Source: Chiloscyllium plagiosum (taxonomy: Eukaryota). Taken from it: DNA of 64,000 nt. The translations under genes were made by a program, and so were the position numbers. The DNA is taken from contig NC_057728.1 in the NCBI RefSeq assembly GCF_004010195.1, forward strand, positions 53,011,723 to 53,075,722. The letters are read 5' to 3'. The notes under the pieces were generated by a model. The model did not search any database, had not been told where the DNA came from, and was given only the letters and a program-made list of their open reading frames with translations. Position 1 is the stretch's first letter. Every line of letters starts with the position of its first letter. Below are positions 1-12,951 of this stretch, piece after piece.

Positions 1-667
1 TGTATAGAATCTAAAAGAGTTTTTTTCCCTTTCCTATATATGCAAATATCCCAATCATAAAGAATGCCCTTGATGCAAATAAAAAGGAGTTCTTCAAATT
101 ATGAGTTACTGGATGTGTAGCAGAACAAGGAGGAGCTTTAATATCTGTAAAAGCAAGTTAATTAAGCTTTTCCAATTTTAAGGAAAGTTATGTTCCACAG
201 CTGTTTGAGTGCTCTACAGCGTGGGACTATTGCTACTGCTACAGGAAACAACAAAGAGGGGTTTATATACTTAGGTAGGCCCTTAGCAGGCCAGATGCTA
301 TGAACAATGTAGAAGAATTCTGCATTGATAAAACCAAACCAGACCTAATTCCTCCCATCCCAGTTGTATGTTTGGGTCCCTTTCAAGAACACAACAAACC
401 AAACTAATGAAATTCAGTGGCAGCTGGTGAATGGCTGGGAAAGTACAAACCTCTTCTGTGAACCCTCTCCCCTCCAGACCTATTCAGCACATTTGCCTGT
501 CACATTCCTTTTTCAAAAGGAGTGACGTGTGGCTGAGGGATCTCTGGGCAATTCTAAGTAGATGGGAGGAGGGGATAGGGCATGATGAAAGGGAGTATGT
601 GGGGGAGAGTACGCTACCATGTCCCTTAAAATAGACTGTAAATGTTCCACTTCTACTGTCTGTTCTA

Positions 668-1061
668 TGACAGTGGAGTAGTGGTAATATCACTGGGCTA
701 GTGATTCAGAATGCCAGGTTAATGTGGAGTCATGGATTCTAATCTGATGATGGTAAATGTTACATCTTAAATTCAATTAAAAAATATGTGATTTAAAATA
801 AGTTAGACCAAAGCTGACTGTGTAACTATTAATGATTGTTGAAAAACTCAAGTAGTTTACAAGTATCCTTTAAGAAAAGAAATCTGTGATCCTTAAGAGG
901 TCTGGCCTACATGTGATTCCAGATCCACAACAACATAGTTGACTCTTAACAGCCCTCTGAAACGGCCCAGCATGCCACTCATTTTCAAAGATAATTAAGT
1001 GATGGGCAACAGATGTTGGTATTACCAGTGATGCCAGGACCCATCACAGCATTTTTAAAAA
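668..1061 (+). mobile_element. tRNA-derived SINE family B (3' tail shared with the second CR1-group LINE)
   Basis: tRNA-like head AGTGGTAATATCACTGGGCTAG, core GTCTGGCCTACATGTGATTCCAGATCCACA, tail GATGGGCAACAGATGTTGG; homologous to copies at 12.6, 46.1 and 58.7 kb. Confidence 0.75.
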
Positions 1062-1420
1062 CTACTGCTAACTATGTTGCTTATTGGCTACACATATCAA
1101 TAGGAGGCCAAAAGCTTGTTACAATATTAAAGCTAACTTTCATTTCTTAATGGCTGTCCCTGCATCTTTTAAAGGGAAGCTACATTATGACAGCTGGAAA
1201 TATACTGTCACCATTTAGAATAGTGCTGTGCAATAACGAACAATGGTAGGTTGCAGGAGAGCATCCACCAAAGGTTTCCATTGTTGTCCTGGTGGCCTTG
1301 CTGACAGAGATAGTTAAGAAAGTGAGGTGAGGTGGCAGAATGCTTTCTAAATATGTAGCAAGAAGGTAGACAGAACAGATTGCTTTAGAGAGCATTGCTA
1401 GCTTAAACTGAGAATTTGGA

Positions 1421-1720
1421 TTTTTAAAAATTCATTCATGGGATGATGGCCCATCCCTGATTTTCCAGAGGGCAGTTAAACATCAACCATATTGCTGTGG
1501 GTCTGGAGTAACTTGTAGGCCAGACCAGGTCCAGGTGGCAGTTTCCTTCCCTAAAGAACATTAGTGAATCAGATGGGTCTTTCCTCACAATTGACATTAG
1601 ATTGTTAATTGGAGATTTTGTTTCAATGCAAATTTCACCATCTGCTATGGCATGATTCAAAACCAGGTGCTGAGAATATTACTAGGGTCCAGCAATAATA
1701 CCATGAGATCATCACCTCCC
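1421..1720 (-). mobile_element. SINE family B, reverse copy
   Basis: CAGAGGGCAGTTAAA..ATTGCTGTGGGTCTGGAGT..GTAGGCCAGACCAGG is the reverse complement of the family B core. Confidence 0.75.
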
Positions 1721-1795
1721 CTGTGTGATACAAGATGTTTAATGACATTGCATGAGTGGTCAAGATTCGTGCATTCAAATGTCAGATCGTACCAA

Positions 1796-2120
1796 ATTAG
1801 ATTAGATTACTTACAGTGTGGAAACAGGCCCTTCAGCCCAAGTCCACACCGACCTGCCGAAGTGCAACCCACCCAGACCCATTCCCCTACATTTACCCCT
1901 TCACCTAACACTATGGGCAATTTAGCATGGCCAATTCACCTAACCTGCACATTTTTGGACTGTGGGAGGAAACCGGAGCACCCGGCAGAAACCCACGCAG
2001 ACACTGGGAGAATGTGCAAACTCCACACAGACAGTCGCCTGAGGCGGGAATTGAACCCGGGTCTCTGGTGCTGTGAGGCAGCAGTGCTAACCACTGTGCC
2101 ACTGTGCCACCGTGCCGCCC
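1796..2120 (-). mobile_element. HE1-type tRNA-derived SINE, full length
   Basis: Minus strand reads GGGCGGCACGGTGGCACAGTGG..TTAGCACTGCTGCCTCACAG..GGGTTCAATTCCCGCC (A/B boxes), then GGAGTTTGCACATTCTCC, then tail GGGCCTGTTTCCACACTGTAAG(TAATC)n. Confidence 0.93.
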
Positions 2121-3329
2121 ACTTCTTCTATGAATCTTCTATTGCTTGTGTCAGCAACAGCCCCCACTCAATCACTCGTACACCAACAATCTATTAATCA
2201 CAACTTCTTTCTCACATTCATTCATATGGTTCACCTCACCTTCATGTACTTAGCAGTGCCACAAACATCAAACGCACATCTCACAACCTACCCACACTGC
2301 CACCTACTCAACAATGGCAATCACACATCGCCAAAACATATTGCATAGCACGTGTTGATATATTTACCAAACTCTCTCAGTTGTATAAGGTAAGGCACAA
2401 ACAGAAGAAACTGACAGGAAATAAAAAAGTGCATGTTTTCACTCCCTTGGAGGAGAGGTCTTGGCCCTTGTTGGAAAGGTCACTGATAAGGTTGTGGTTA
2501 CAGGCAGGTTTGAATCTATTGAAGTTGCCGATGTGCTCATAACTAACCTTCCACTTCCTACTCATGCAACAATCTCTTCTTACTGAGAAGCTGCAGATGG
2601 TGTAAGCATGTCTTTCCTAATTTCATTTTTGCTTATTTTATTAATTACTTTACATCAGTGCCAGCTTGTTCTTGATTCTTTCATGAGTGGCAGCAACTTC
2701 TCCTATCTGTCCAGACCCTCATAATTTTGAATTTCTGGGTTTCTGAAAAGTGGCAATCAGAGTCCGGTAGTCAGTCTGCCTCCTTTTATCTGTTCAATCA
2801 GAACTCCATGTTTCTGGAAGGAGATTCTAATCATGGATCCTTCCGAAGTATGGAGCATATTTGAAATCAAATAGATCTCTCTGAGTGTAGGTTGGACTTT
2901 GCCATGTGGTCTGGTCATAGCAGTAATATCAGAAAGTGTAGCAGAACACCAATGCTGTGCAACAAATAGCAATCCAGGACTAACGATGTGATCTGTTATT
3001 GCTTGGAAGGAGGAGCTGATTGTAATTATCCCAGTTTTCTGAGAGAACTCTCAGGTTAATCCCAGCTTCCATGTACATTTGACATTAAAAATCAATTGAA
3101 TTATAATTTAGCTGCATCATATCTATAGTCATTATTTAGTGATAAATATTTGTATATCATGACTGAGATAAAATACTTCTTTTTATTTATAGTTTTTGAT
3201 GTTCTGACATTACCAACATTTTATGCACCTCCAGATTTCTCAATGTAATTGATTGGATACCAACCAGAAAAGGTGATTCTTGAGTTTTGGTCCGATGAAG
3301 CATTTCGATGGATAGAGAGAAACTGTTTG

Positions 3330-3776
3330 AATAACTACATGTATTGCTACAGTGTCTTTAATGTAGAACACCTCATAATGTTTCATGAGAATATGATCAA
3401 ACACAATTAAACACTGAAGGGAGATTTGGGCGTGTGACACAAAATTTAGTCAAAGGAGTAAGTTTTAAGGATCATTTTCAAGGGGGAGAGAGAGGAGGAG
3501 AGGTTTTGAAAGAAAATTCCAGAGCTCAAAGCCCAAACCTCTGAGGGCACAGCCACTAATGATGAAAGAAATAAAATTGGGGCTTGGAGCTGGATTAGAG
3601 GAACAGAATAGGTTATTTGTGGCCAGAGCAGATTGCAGGTATTTGGGGGATGGGGTGCCTCCTGATGATGGTTTAAATTTGAGAATAAGGATGAGGGTTT
3701 CAAAGGTCGAAGTATTGGAAAACGGACAGTTGACACTAGTTGGTGAATATAGGGCTGATATGTGAGCCATTACCAC
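3330..3776 (-). mobile_element. L2-clade LINE 3' end remnant
   Basis: GTCAAAGGAGTAAGTTTTAAGGATCATTTTCAAGGGGGAGAGAG..AATTCCAGAGCTC..GAATAAGGATGAG; the same motif recurs at 21.8, 23.9 and 54.7 kb. Confidence 0.65.
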
Positions 3777-4389
3777 TGTGAGGAAACTCAGTAATCAGAG
3801 GATTTGGATTGAAAATAAATTGCATCATAGAGAGGTGAGATGGTTTTATAAATAAAGCAAATTGTTATTATCTAGAATGTATAGCCTGATTAGCAAATCC
3901 AGTAGTAACTTTCTGAAAATAATTTGATAATTGCTTGAAGAGTGGGACATATTCCATTACTCCCTCGAGGAATTGGCAGAGACCTTAAGGGTTAAATGGC
4001 CTCTTTCTGTGCTATAGGCTTCTACCTTTGTTTTTGTGCAGAAATTTGAATTGATAAACCTTGCTTGTGCTAATATTTACATCTAGCTCCACTGCACAAA
4101 TAAGGATTCCAAGGTGTAAATAAGTGAGATGCAGCATATCCAAGCTGTGATTGCTAATAATGATTTTCAACTGAGATGCCGCTATATCTCTCTGTCAGTT
4201 CCTAAGTGAACCATAGAAGAACCCCATAGTAATCTACTCTGTTTTCCTGTGTGTCTGTAATAGTGTACAACCTGCCAACTGGGTAAAACAACTGTTCTGA
4301 AATGTTACCTGTGTAAGATTAGAATATGGATTTTGAAAGTTACAGGCATCTGTCATTTTTGCAGATTGTTAGTAAGGATTGAAACACTG

Positions 4390-5110
4390 GATAATTTTTT
4401 TAAAGCTGTGAAACTTGTAAATGTTGATCAGATTAGGGTGTGCTTGTACAAAGAATGTCAAAAATTAGCATGCAGGTGCAATATACAAAGATGTGTTGAC
4501 CTTTACCGCAAAGAGAAACAGAAATACAGGAATAAAAAAGTTTTGCTACATTTGTACAGAGCTTTGGTGAGTGAACATCTGGAGCCTGCTGTGCAGTTTT
4601 GGTCTCCATATTTAATTGAAGGCAGCCCAGTGAATATTCACCAAATCATTCCTGAGATGAGACGGTTGGCCTATGATGTGAGGCTGGGTAAATTGGGTCT
4701 GTGATCACTAGAATTTGGAAGAACGACAGGTGATCTTATTGAAACAGATAAGATTCTGAAGAGAAACGAAGAACAAAGTGCTGGAGAAACTTGTGAGGTC
4801 TGGTAGCATCTGTAAAGAAAGAAGAAGAGTTAACAATTTGAGTTCAATATGTGTCTTCTCTGGTTCCAAATGGAAATAATGATGTGACTCGCCTTGTATA
4901 CTTAAGCTGAAGGTTCAGTTTCAGGATCATTTGGACTGAGATGAGGAGATAACTATTTACTCAAAAGTTGCGAATAGTTCAATGTCTCAACCCCAGAGGG
5001 CTACAGAAGAGCTGGGATAGATGGACTTTTGGTTTCTCACAGCACCCAGGGATGTGAGGAGAACGTCAGACACACATAAAGTTGAAACTCAAGATCAACA
5101 ATGATCATAG
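4390..5110 (+). mobile_element. Degenerate CR1 LINE ORF2 C-terminus/3' end, interrupted by a PLE fragment
   Basis: ORF 4333-4704 contains VLLHLYRALVSEHLEPAVQFWSPYL (CR1 LYxALVRPHLEYCVQFWSP motif). Confidence 0.8.
4763..4862 (-). mobile_element. Penelope-like terminal fragment (family 2)
   Basis: GTGCTGGAGAAACT..AGGTCTGGTAGCATCTGT..GAGTTAACAATTTGAGT is the reverse complement of the pLTR at 7560-7680. Confidence 0.6.
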
Positions 5111-5194
5111 TGATTGGTAGACCTTCATTAAAAAAAACACTTCACCTCCTCATGATGCAGTTTACCTGTATATCTGTGATTTCATGTGGTATTT

Positions 5195-5595
5195 TCTTCA
5201 GCATTGTGGTGGGTCTGGCCCGGGATTCCAATAAGGTGTTTGGGTCCTTGAGCCCAGAGCCGTGAAATGAACTAAATGAACATTGCCTTAAATTCTCCTG
5301 TATTTAATTTCTTTTTTTTGTTATATTGTCATGGAAGGACTGTTCTTCTGAATTTTTTATTTCCCTATTTCTTTGTTTTTTATTATGATTTTGTACTTTT
5401 GAAGGCCTGTAATGCTGGACTTTTTATTTCTTTATTTTTTTCTAATGTTGTTTATCCAAAGAATCTGTACTGAAGAATCTGTATCTAGGTACCTTTGTAC
5501 CTGAGATGGTGCCTTAAGTGGCAACTTCTAAACTTTTCACTGCACTCATGTGAGTTACATGTGACAAAAAAGCTAATTGAATTCCATTCAATCCA
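5195..5595 (+). mobile_element. Probable Rex1/Babar-type non-LTR element 3' end
   Basis: T-rich 3' UTR ending ACTTTTCACTGCACTC..GTTACATGTGACAAAAAAG; related copy at 61.2-61.5 kb. Confidence 0.4.
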
Positions 5596-6838
5596 AATTC
5601 TCTGGTTACTGAATTTTCTTGCTATGGAAATGGCTCATATATCAGCCTTGTGCTCACTAACTAGTGTCAACTGTCCATTTGGCAATACTTCAATTTTAAA
5701 ACCTCCATCCTTATTCTCAAATTCAAACCATCACCGGGCAACCCCCCCCCCACTCCTTCTCCACCAAGTCCTGCAATCTGGACCAGTCTACTCATCCTAT
5801 TTCTTATATTCTTATGACATTCCTTCAAGTTCAGTTTGGTCTCTTTTCAAATTTGGATGCACAGACATCAGTAGAAATTGACAGAATCTCACCCCAAAAA
5901 GCTGCTGAAGCAAGGACTCAAGTGAAAATTAAAGATCGCAATTGGTAGATTATTTTAGGCAAGATTGTTAAAAAAAAACCTGGAACATTAGGCAGGTGGT
6001 TGGAAATCAGATAAATAAATGGCTGAATGGTTTCAAACAGCTGTATGGCCTTCTCATCTCCGAATCCACTCCTGGTTTTTCAAAACTCCATTTGGCTTTT
6101 GAATCAAATAAAGAAAATAGAATGGTTAAGTGAATTAAGACTTGTAAATGACAGGAAAACTGGAAGAAAAGGTGGAGGATAAAATAAAGGGGCTCAAATC
6201 ACAAGTAATTCAGAAATAAATTACGACTACTCGAAGCAATGTGCATTTTCTCTGTGTGGATTTTTATTCCAAGTTAGGAACATTAGGGTAGTATTTATAA
6301 TTACTTGCATTTTCCTTGCAAGTAACATTTGCTTTGAATTGCCATCAATGTTGGCACTGTTTATAAACAGGGCTGGGGGCTGGTCATAATAACTCTCTCG
6401 GTTTTCATGTCATAAATCTTGTATTGACCTCAGAATGAGTTGTAAGACTGACTTATCTGAATGCTGGCATCTGTTCAGGTATCGCTCTAGTGTGTTTAAG
6501 CTCACGATTAATTTTTTAAAAATGCAAACACCCATTGGTTGTAGCCATGTTTCCTCAGAGATAGCTGAGCTTGTGTTTGTGCTGCAGCGATATACAAGCT
6601 GGTAAATTTTATCAGTTCATCCAAAACACAGAGAAAGGGAGGATTTGTTAGTGAGTAATGACCTAAAGAACCTATGCTGATAAATATTGTTCATTGCAAA
6701 ATCTCACATCTGGTTTATTGTGTCTCTTGGCTTTCCTTATCGCAAGTGTTGATTGGGGTGTTATGCAACCATTGATCAATAGGTCAAGTTACCTGAGATC
6801 CTGGTACTCTCCCAACTCTAGCCTCCAAGTTGTAGATG

Positions 6839-6973
6839 GGGTAAAAACAATGAGTGCAGATGCTGGAAACCAGATTCTGGATTAATGGTGCTGGAAGAGC
6901 ACAGCAGTTCAGGCAGCATCCAAGGAGCAGCGAAATCGACGAAGGGCTTTTGCCCGAAACCACTAATCCAGAA
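6839..6973. mobile_element. Short PLE-derived insertion with internal inverted repeat
   Basis: 15-bp TSD TCCAAGTTGTAGATG at 6824-6838 and 6974-6988; GATTCTGGATTAATGGTG vs CACTAATCCAGAATC inverted; truncated ribozyme GAAGGGCTTTTGCCCGAAAC. Confidence 0.85.
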
Positions 6974-7423
6974 TCCAAGTTGTAGATGACAGGAACTACT
7001 TGTTTGTCGCAGCTGTCAACAACAAAAATGCGCATTTATATAGCACCTTTATTGCTCTATTGCTCCACCTCCATTGTCAATGGTGCAGGAATATATAGCA
7101 TTTAATTATGCAAAGAAACATTAAGATCAAAGACAGTCTGAAAGCAGTAAAATACAATTGAGAGATAGAGGTTTGGGAGATGGAACAGAATGCCAGATGG
7201 GATGTTAGAGATCACAACCAGTTTTGCCATGATCCTTTTGAATGACTGAACAAAGGCGCAGATCCTGCCCCTAAGTCCGATGTTTTATGTATGTCATACA
7301 TTCAGTTTTTTTCATATGGAGAGCTACCTTCTCTTAATCACTTATAGAAAGGAAGATGCTCCATTTATGTAGCACCTTTCATGATCTCATGTTAAGGTAA
7401 GATCTCAGGCAAGATTCCTCAAG

Positions 7424-7693
7424 CCCGATCACTTAATCTGAACTATCAACATCTTTTCTCTGTCAGCACCCCAAATCCAGTTATCCACCCCTCTCCCCCT
7501 CCCCCCCCCCCGTCAAACTATAACGTAAATGCTCTCCCTCCACACTTCACTTCAGCTCTGATGAAGAGTCATCTAGACTCAAAACATTAGCTTGCTCTCT
7601 CTCCATGGATGCTGTCTGACCTGCTGTGATCTCTAGTTGTTTTCAGTACAAAGGGAGGTTTCCAACATCTGCAGTAATTTGTTCCTAATCCTA
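7424..7693 (+). mobile_element. PLE pLTR (family 2) with degenerate hammerhead motif
   Basis: CTGATGA-A-GAGTC-ATCTA-GACTC-AAAAC at 7558-7585, then GATGCTGTCTGACCTGCTG..CCAACATCTGCAGT; possible TSD CCTCAAG at 7417-7423 and 7694-7700. Confidence 0.7.
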
Positions 7694-8664
7694 CCTCAAG
7701 TTGTCATGGTTACAGACCAAATGCCCCAAGCTGTCCAGCTCCCATGTCAGGAAGATGAACTAATTCGCCTTTTTTATTTACCCACTCTCTCAGCTGGTTG
7801 CACAAGGATTCCTCCCAATGCCCTCCCTCCCCACATCACCACCTTGTGAAGGTCTTTTTTTCCCCAGAGTAATTGAATTACTTTTTAAAATGGCACCAGT
7901 TTAACCTGGTTTTCCTGTGTTAACAAAGGTGTGAGTTTATTAGTTATCAAACACAAGAAGAAATAAAAACACAGCACATAAACATACAGATTAGTGATGA
8001 GAAGTGAGTCCAAAAAAAGATAAAGGTTAAGGTCAGTCTCTGTGGGTTGTTCATGAAGAATTAATAGTGGAATGTTTTTATTTGAACCATCAATTTTGAG
8101 ATTCTTGGCTCTTCAGTTTGGTTGAATTTTTTGTCATGTTTTATTGCCTTGTTGGCTAGTTGGCTTCTATCCCTTGCAGTGATAGAAACTTTTACCTACA
8201 ATGCAGGGGTGACAAGTGGTTGCCTCTTTATCTGTGATCTTTACAGCACACCAGTACTCAAACCCATGCTGGTATGCACAAGTACCTCAGCTCAATAGTT
8301 TACCCTCTTCTACTTGCACCAGCAGACCAAGGTTAAACTGGCATTTAACTCCTGTTTTGTGTATTATTGAAAGGAGAAGATACCAAACAAGTCTTTCCCT
8401 CAAACTGCTGTGTTCTCACATTATGTTCACAGCCTGAGATAACTCCCATTAGATCATAGATCAGATTATAGTGTAATTCTCCTCTTTTAAGACCAAAACT
8501 TTGAACTTCATTGACACCTCATCAGATGTGACATTCTAGTCTCTCTCTCTCTCTCTGCAGATAGTTATTGAATTTACATCCACTGTCATTTTTTTTAATT
8601 ATAGTAGTTCTCTTTAGAAAATATGTTGGTATCAAAATTTGGTATATTCATACATGGTTTGTGG

Positions 8665-8985
8665 TTGTAATGCATCCAATGAAATACTTTTGAAATGTAG
8701 TCACTATTGTAATGTAGGAAATATGACAGACTACTTAGGCACAGCAAGCCCCTTTGAGAGGTATTGAGATAAAAGGGTGAGATAATCTTTCTTAGTGATG
8801 TTAGATATGTGTATAAATGTTAGCCTAAACATTGTGCAGAACTCCTCTGCTCTTCTTTTAATTAATGGACATATCTCCTTGGGGAAGGCCTCAGTTTAAT
8901 GCCTACTCTAAAAGACAAGACCTCCAACAATGTAGCATGTCCTCAGCACTGCAATGAGTTTCAGACTAGATTCCGTGATCAAGCA
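8665..8985 (-). mobile_element. Deu-domain SINE (SacSINE1/AmnSINE-related), degenerate
   Basis: ACTTTTGAAATGTAGTCACTATTGTAATGTAGGAAA..GGCCTCAGTTTAATGCCTACTCTAAAAGACA; homologous to 43.0-43.5 kb. Confidence 0.65.
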
Positions 8986-9009
8986 TGACACAATCACAAT
9001 CAAGATGTT

Positions 9010-9076
9010 GACTAGCATCAATCACTAGCAATTATCAATCACTATTAATTATCAATCACATCAATTATCAATCACT
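9010..9076. repeat. Short minisatellite, unit about AATTATCAATCACT, about 4 copies
   Basis: ATCAATCAC repeated four times at about 15-17 bp spacing. Confidence 0.8.
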
Positions 9077-9714
9077 TTCATTTATGATCCAAAGATGAGG
9101 CAAGGAAACCCACAGCAATGGATATGGTGGCAAACCTTGCAAGACTGAATCTGGAGTCTCCAAGAATTGAAGCTTGGTCATTGAATGCTGCCATGAGCAT
9201 CCACTGGAAGGAAAAGAACATCAGAGTATTGACATTTTCATTTTCTTGAACACTTTTCTTGGACAGTTACAAATAAATAGGAAATGATAAGAAATAATCT
9301 AACTCTGAGAGTCAGGGATCATCCAATGGGATATTGAAGTATCTATGGACTTGCTAATTGGCTGTGGAGAGGCAAGGCATTACATTGGGCATATTGAACC
9401 ACCAATGGTGTAAGGAAATGGTGGGGTAATTGATGGACAGGAGACCATGTGATATAATTTCCAGCAATACATCCAACCAGAGTTGGCATTGCCAGTGGCA
9501 GACAGCTTTGGCTATCATAGTTCCAAAGTCAAATGTTTCTCCCAAGCCTACTGCACTCATAGCCTGTCATGTGTCATGTTACTCATATACTGCATGTCAA
9601 AATATTATCTTATGAAAATAATGCAACTTATATTTGTATTAATAATACCAAAACATTTCATTAAATATGCTAATCTGAGACTTCTCATGATTTACCAGGA
9701 AAGAATAGGATTGT

Positions 9715-10935
9715 AGGAACACAGAAGTAGGGGTACACCATTTCAGGTCCTTACATCTGATCTGCCACACTGGATTTTGACTGATAATCTACCTCATCAC
9801 CAATTTTCCACACACTTCTCCCCACATCTCTTCAAATCTTTCATATCTAGAAATCTATCAATCTCTGTCTTGAATGTATTCAATGCCCGAGCTTCCACAA
9901 CCCTCAGGTTAGGAAATCCCAAAGATTTGCTCCTCTCTAAGTGAAGAAATTCCTCCTTTAGTGATCCCAGCTAATGGCACAACTGGGCATGCCAGGTTCC
10001 AGAATAAAATTAGCACAACAGATCAATTCATTCTGTTTAGTAAGTCATCGTGGTGGTAAGTCACTGAAAAAATAGTCACACAAAGCTTCAGGTTTTCTTT
10101 GAACAAAAACAAAGGTTTATTACACAAATGAAAAATTTTTGAAAAACCCAAATATAAAGACAATTAGAATGATCTTAAAACACTCAGCAAAACATATCTG
10201 TTATAGGCATTCAAGTCCAGAGGAAGTATACATCTATCTCAACACTTTAGATCTCTGCTTCACTGCTCACAGTTTCTTTGCTATGGACTTTAGAGAATTT
10301 GATGAGTCCTTTCCAAATCTACCAACATGACCTTCTCACAGATCTGAGAATTTAAACTTGCTCAGTTCTATAAATCTGCAAATTTTGAACCAAACCCCTT
10401 TTTTTTGGAAGCTTTGCAAACTAAACCCTTCTGCTGAGGTGAGTGATTCCCTGAGCTGCCCTGAATTCCTCCCAGGAGTACTTTTGGTCTCTACTGTAGT
10501 GTTTTCTAAACTAAATTAAAAGTTGCTTCATCTTATAGTCTTCTGAACTGAAAACAAAGCTAATTGCCTACCTGCCACAACCCCATCATATAAATGTCCT
10601 TCCATTAATACCACAGGAGTCTGCAATCACTTGTTTTCTGACAAATGCTGTGTTTACAGAAGGACTCTCTGACCTTATTTTTTTGAAAGAAGAGGACCCT
10701 TTACAGAAGTAGCCAAAACCCATCAGCCCCTATTTTCAAATTCAAAAACCAATGTATATTATTTATGTACCTTTCATTGTACTTCTCACCACAGCCCTAA
10801 ATGATCTGTCACATGTTCTAAGACAGTGTTCCCTGAGATTAAGCCCCCCAGTCAAGAGAATGCCTTGATGGACCTACATTGTTTAGCTCTTTAAGAATTT
10901 TCCAAGTCTCAATGAGGTCATCTCTCATTATTCTA
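9715..10935 (-). mobile_element. CR1 LINE 3' remnant split by an about 830-bp LTR-like insertion (about 9958-10785)
   Basis: CR1 motif GTGAAGAAATTCCTCCT stops at 9957 and resumes with CAGCCCTAAATG near 10792; insert start resembles the element start at 51.7 kb. Confidence 0.55.
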
Positions 10936-11152
10936 AAATTAAAATTATTCTAAAGGGAGTTCTAGATTTGTGGAAGAATAATCAACCAATCACATTTTCC
11001 TCAAAGTTTCCTTTCAAAATAAAACTCATGAAAGAAGTAAAATAAAACCACATACCTTCTAGAGACTGAAGTAGAGAATTCAGCCCGCAATCTCATTCAC
11101 CTCTTGTACCTCAACTCCATTTACCTGCCACATGTAACGCAAATCTAGCAAT

Positions 11153-11793
11153 CAGGTAGATGGGGTGGTTTAGTATGCTTGCCTTCATTGCTCAGACCTT
11201 TGAGTGCAACAGTTGGGATGTCATGTTGAGACTGTACATTGGTGAGGTCCCTTCGAGAGTATTGCGTGCAGGTTCTGGTCATCCTGTTATAAGGAGGATA
11301 TTATTAAACTGAAGAGAATTCAGAAAATAATTATGAGGATGTTGCCAAGAATGAAGGGTTTGAGATATAAAAATAAACTGGAAAGGCTGGGACATTTTTT
11401 CATTGGAGTGTAGGAGGTTGAGGGGTGACCTTATTGAGATTTATAAAATCATGAGGGGTATAGATAATAAGGTGAATAACAGGGTTCTTTTCCCTATCCT
11501 AGAGGAGTTCAAAACTAAGGTGCATATTTTTAAGGTGAGCAGAGAAAGATTTAAAAAAGACATGAGGGGCAACTTTTTTTAGACAGAGTGGCTTGTGTGT
11601 GGAATAAACTGCCAGAGAAAGTGATGGATGCAGGTACAGTTACAATGTTTAAAAGATGTTTGGATAAGTAAATATATAGGAAAGGTTTGGAGGAATGTGG
11701 GCCAAGCGCAGGCAGGTGGAACTAGTTTAGCTTGTGAACATGGTTGGCATGGACTGGTTGGACCGAAAGGTCTGTTTCCATGCTGTATGACTC
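11153..11793 (+). mobile_element. CR1/HER1-type LINE 3' end
   Basis: GGAGTGTAGGAGGTTGAGGGGTGACCTTATTGAGATTTATAAAATCATGAGGGG (RLRGDLIEIYKIMRG) and tail GGACCGAAAGGTCTGTTTCCATGCTGTATGACTC. Confidence 0.88.
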
Positions 11794-12624
11794 AGCTGAT
11801 TTATTTAAGCCCCAGCCTCAGCAACTTTATGGGGGCAGAGAAATCCAGATCTTTCCTACCCTTTATATGATAAAATATCTCCTGAGCTTACCTCTGAATG
11901 GCTCTCATTTAAAATGTGCCTGCTTGTCTGAAATCCCCGTCCCAAAGGCCTGCAAAACAAAACATTTCTTTTCTATAAACCCTTGCAACCCCTGCATTTA
12001 ACTTAAACAACTCAAATGGATCACCCGATAATCTTATTTACTCAAGGGAATGCAAACCTAGTTTGTGCAGCCTGTCCTCATATATAAACCCTTTTAGCCC
12101 ATTCTGGCAAATCATTCTATTTAAACGTTCATAAAAGAAACTCTTTAAGGGAAGAAAGTGAGAACAAAGCCATCCTGCATTGCATCAGATGGCCATTCCC
12201 TTGCCATTAACCATCCGCTTAGACATGAAGTCATCATATTATAAATAGTACACTATTTACACAAAGACCGAGCAAAACAATTTAAGCTTGTGCAGGACAA
12301 TCTCCCTGGTATAAATGTGCTATGCAATTGCAGGGGCTGAGAAGGATTCATTGTGAAAAGATGCTGGCTACAAGATCACAAATTGAGGGTAGCCATTTGG
12401 CCTATTTTAATTGATCTCCTCCTGAAGACCTGACAGCCAATCCACTGCAGTGTCTAATTATTTTTCCCTTAAGCGATTCCAGAAGTTTACACCTCCATAT
12501 TTATAGGATGCTAGGGGCCTTGAACTCATTTATTTTCTGAGCGATGGATGCAAAATCCATCACCATCACCCCCACCCCCTACCTTTGCTTTCAAAATGTG
12601 CATTTGGTTAAACAATAAGGGTAA

Positions 12625-12951
12625 GTGTTGTCCTGGTGGTAATGTCACCAGGCAAGTAATTCAATGACCCAGGTTAATGTTCTGGGGACATATGTTCAAA
12701 TTCGACCAGGGAGGATAGTGAAATTTGCATTCGAATAAGAAGTTAACTTAACAGTGACCCTGTGACAATTGTCTATAAAAACCCACCCAGTTCACTTTAG
12801 AGAAGGAAATCTAGTGTCCTTATTCGTTCTGGCCTACATGTCACGACAGACACACAACAACGTGGTTGGGTTTTGACTGTCCTCTGGGAAATTACGGATA
12901 GACAATAAATACTGGTCCATAAGTGATGCCCAAATCCCATGAATGAAGAAA
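12625..12951 (+). mobile_element. SINE family B
   Basis: GGTGGTAATGTCAC..TCTGGGGACATATGTTCAAATTC (B box)..TCTGGCCTACATGT..AATAAATACTGG..ATCCCATGAATGAA. Confidence 0.75.

Noticed and set aside
1652-2197. 181-aa ORF and similar GNLAWPIHLTC..DCGRKPEH ORFs at 17.7, 19.2, 24, 41.4, 46.6 and 58.2 kb
   Set aside because: Antisense translations of HE1 SINEs, not genes
7702-8654. Possible solo LTR (also 34.2-35.6 and 39.2-39.9 kb)
   Set aside because: LTR-like composition, but no TSD or reliable second terminus found
9010-9076. CRISPR-like repeat array
   Set aside because: Simple minisatellite without unique spacers, in eukaryotic context with no cas genes
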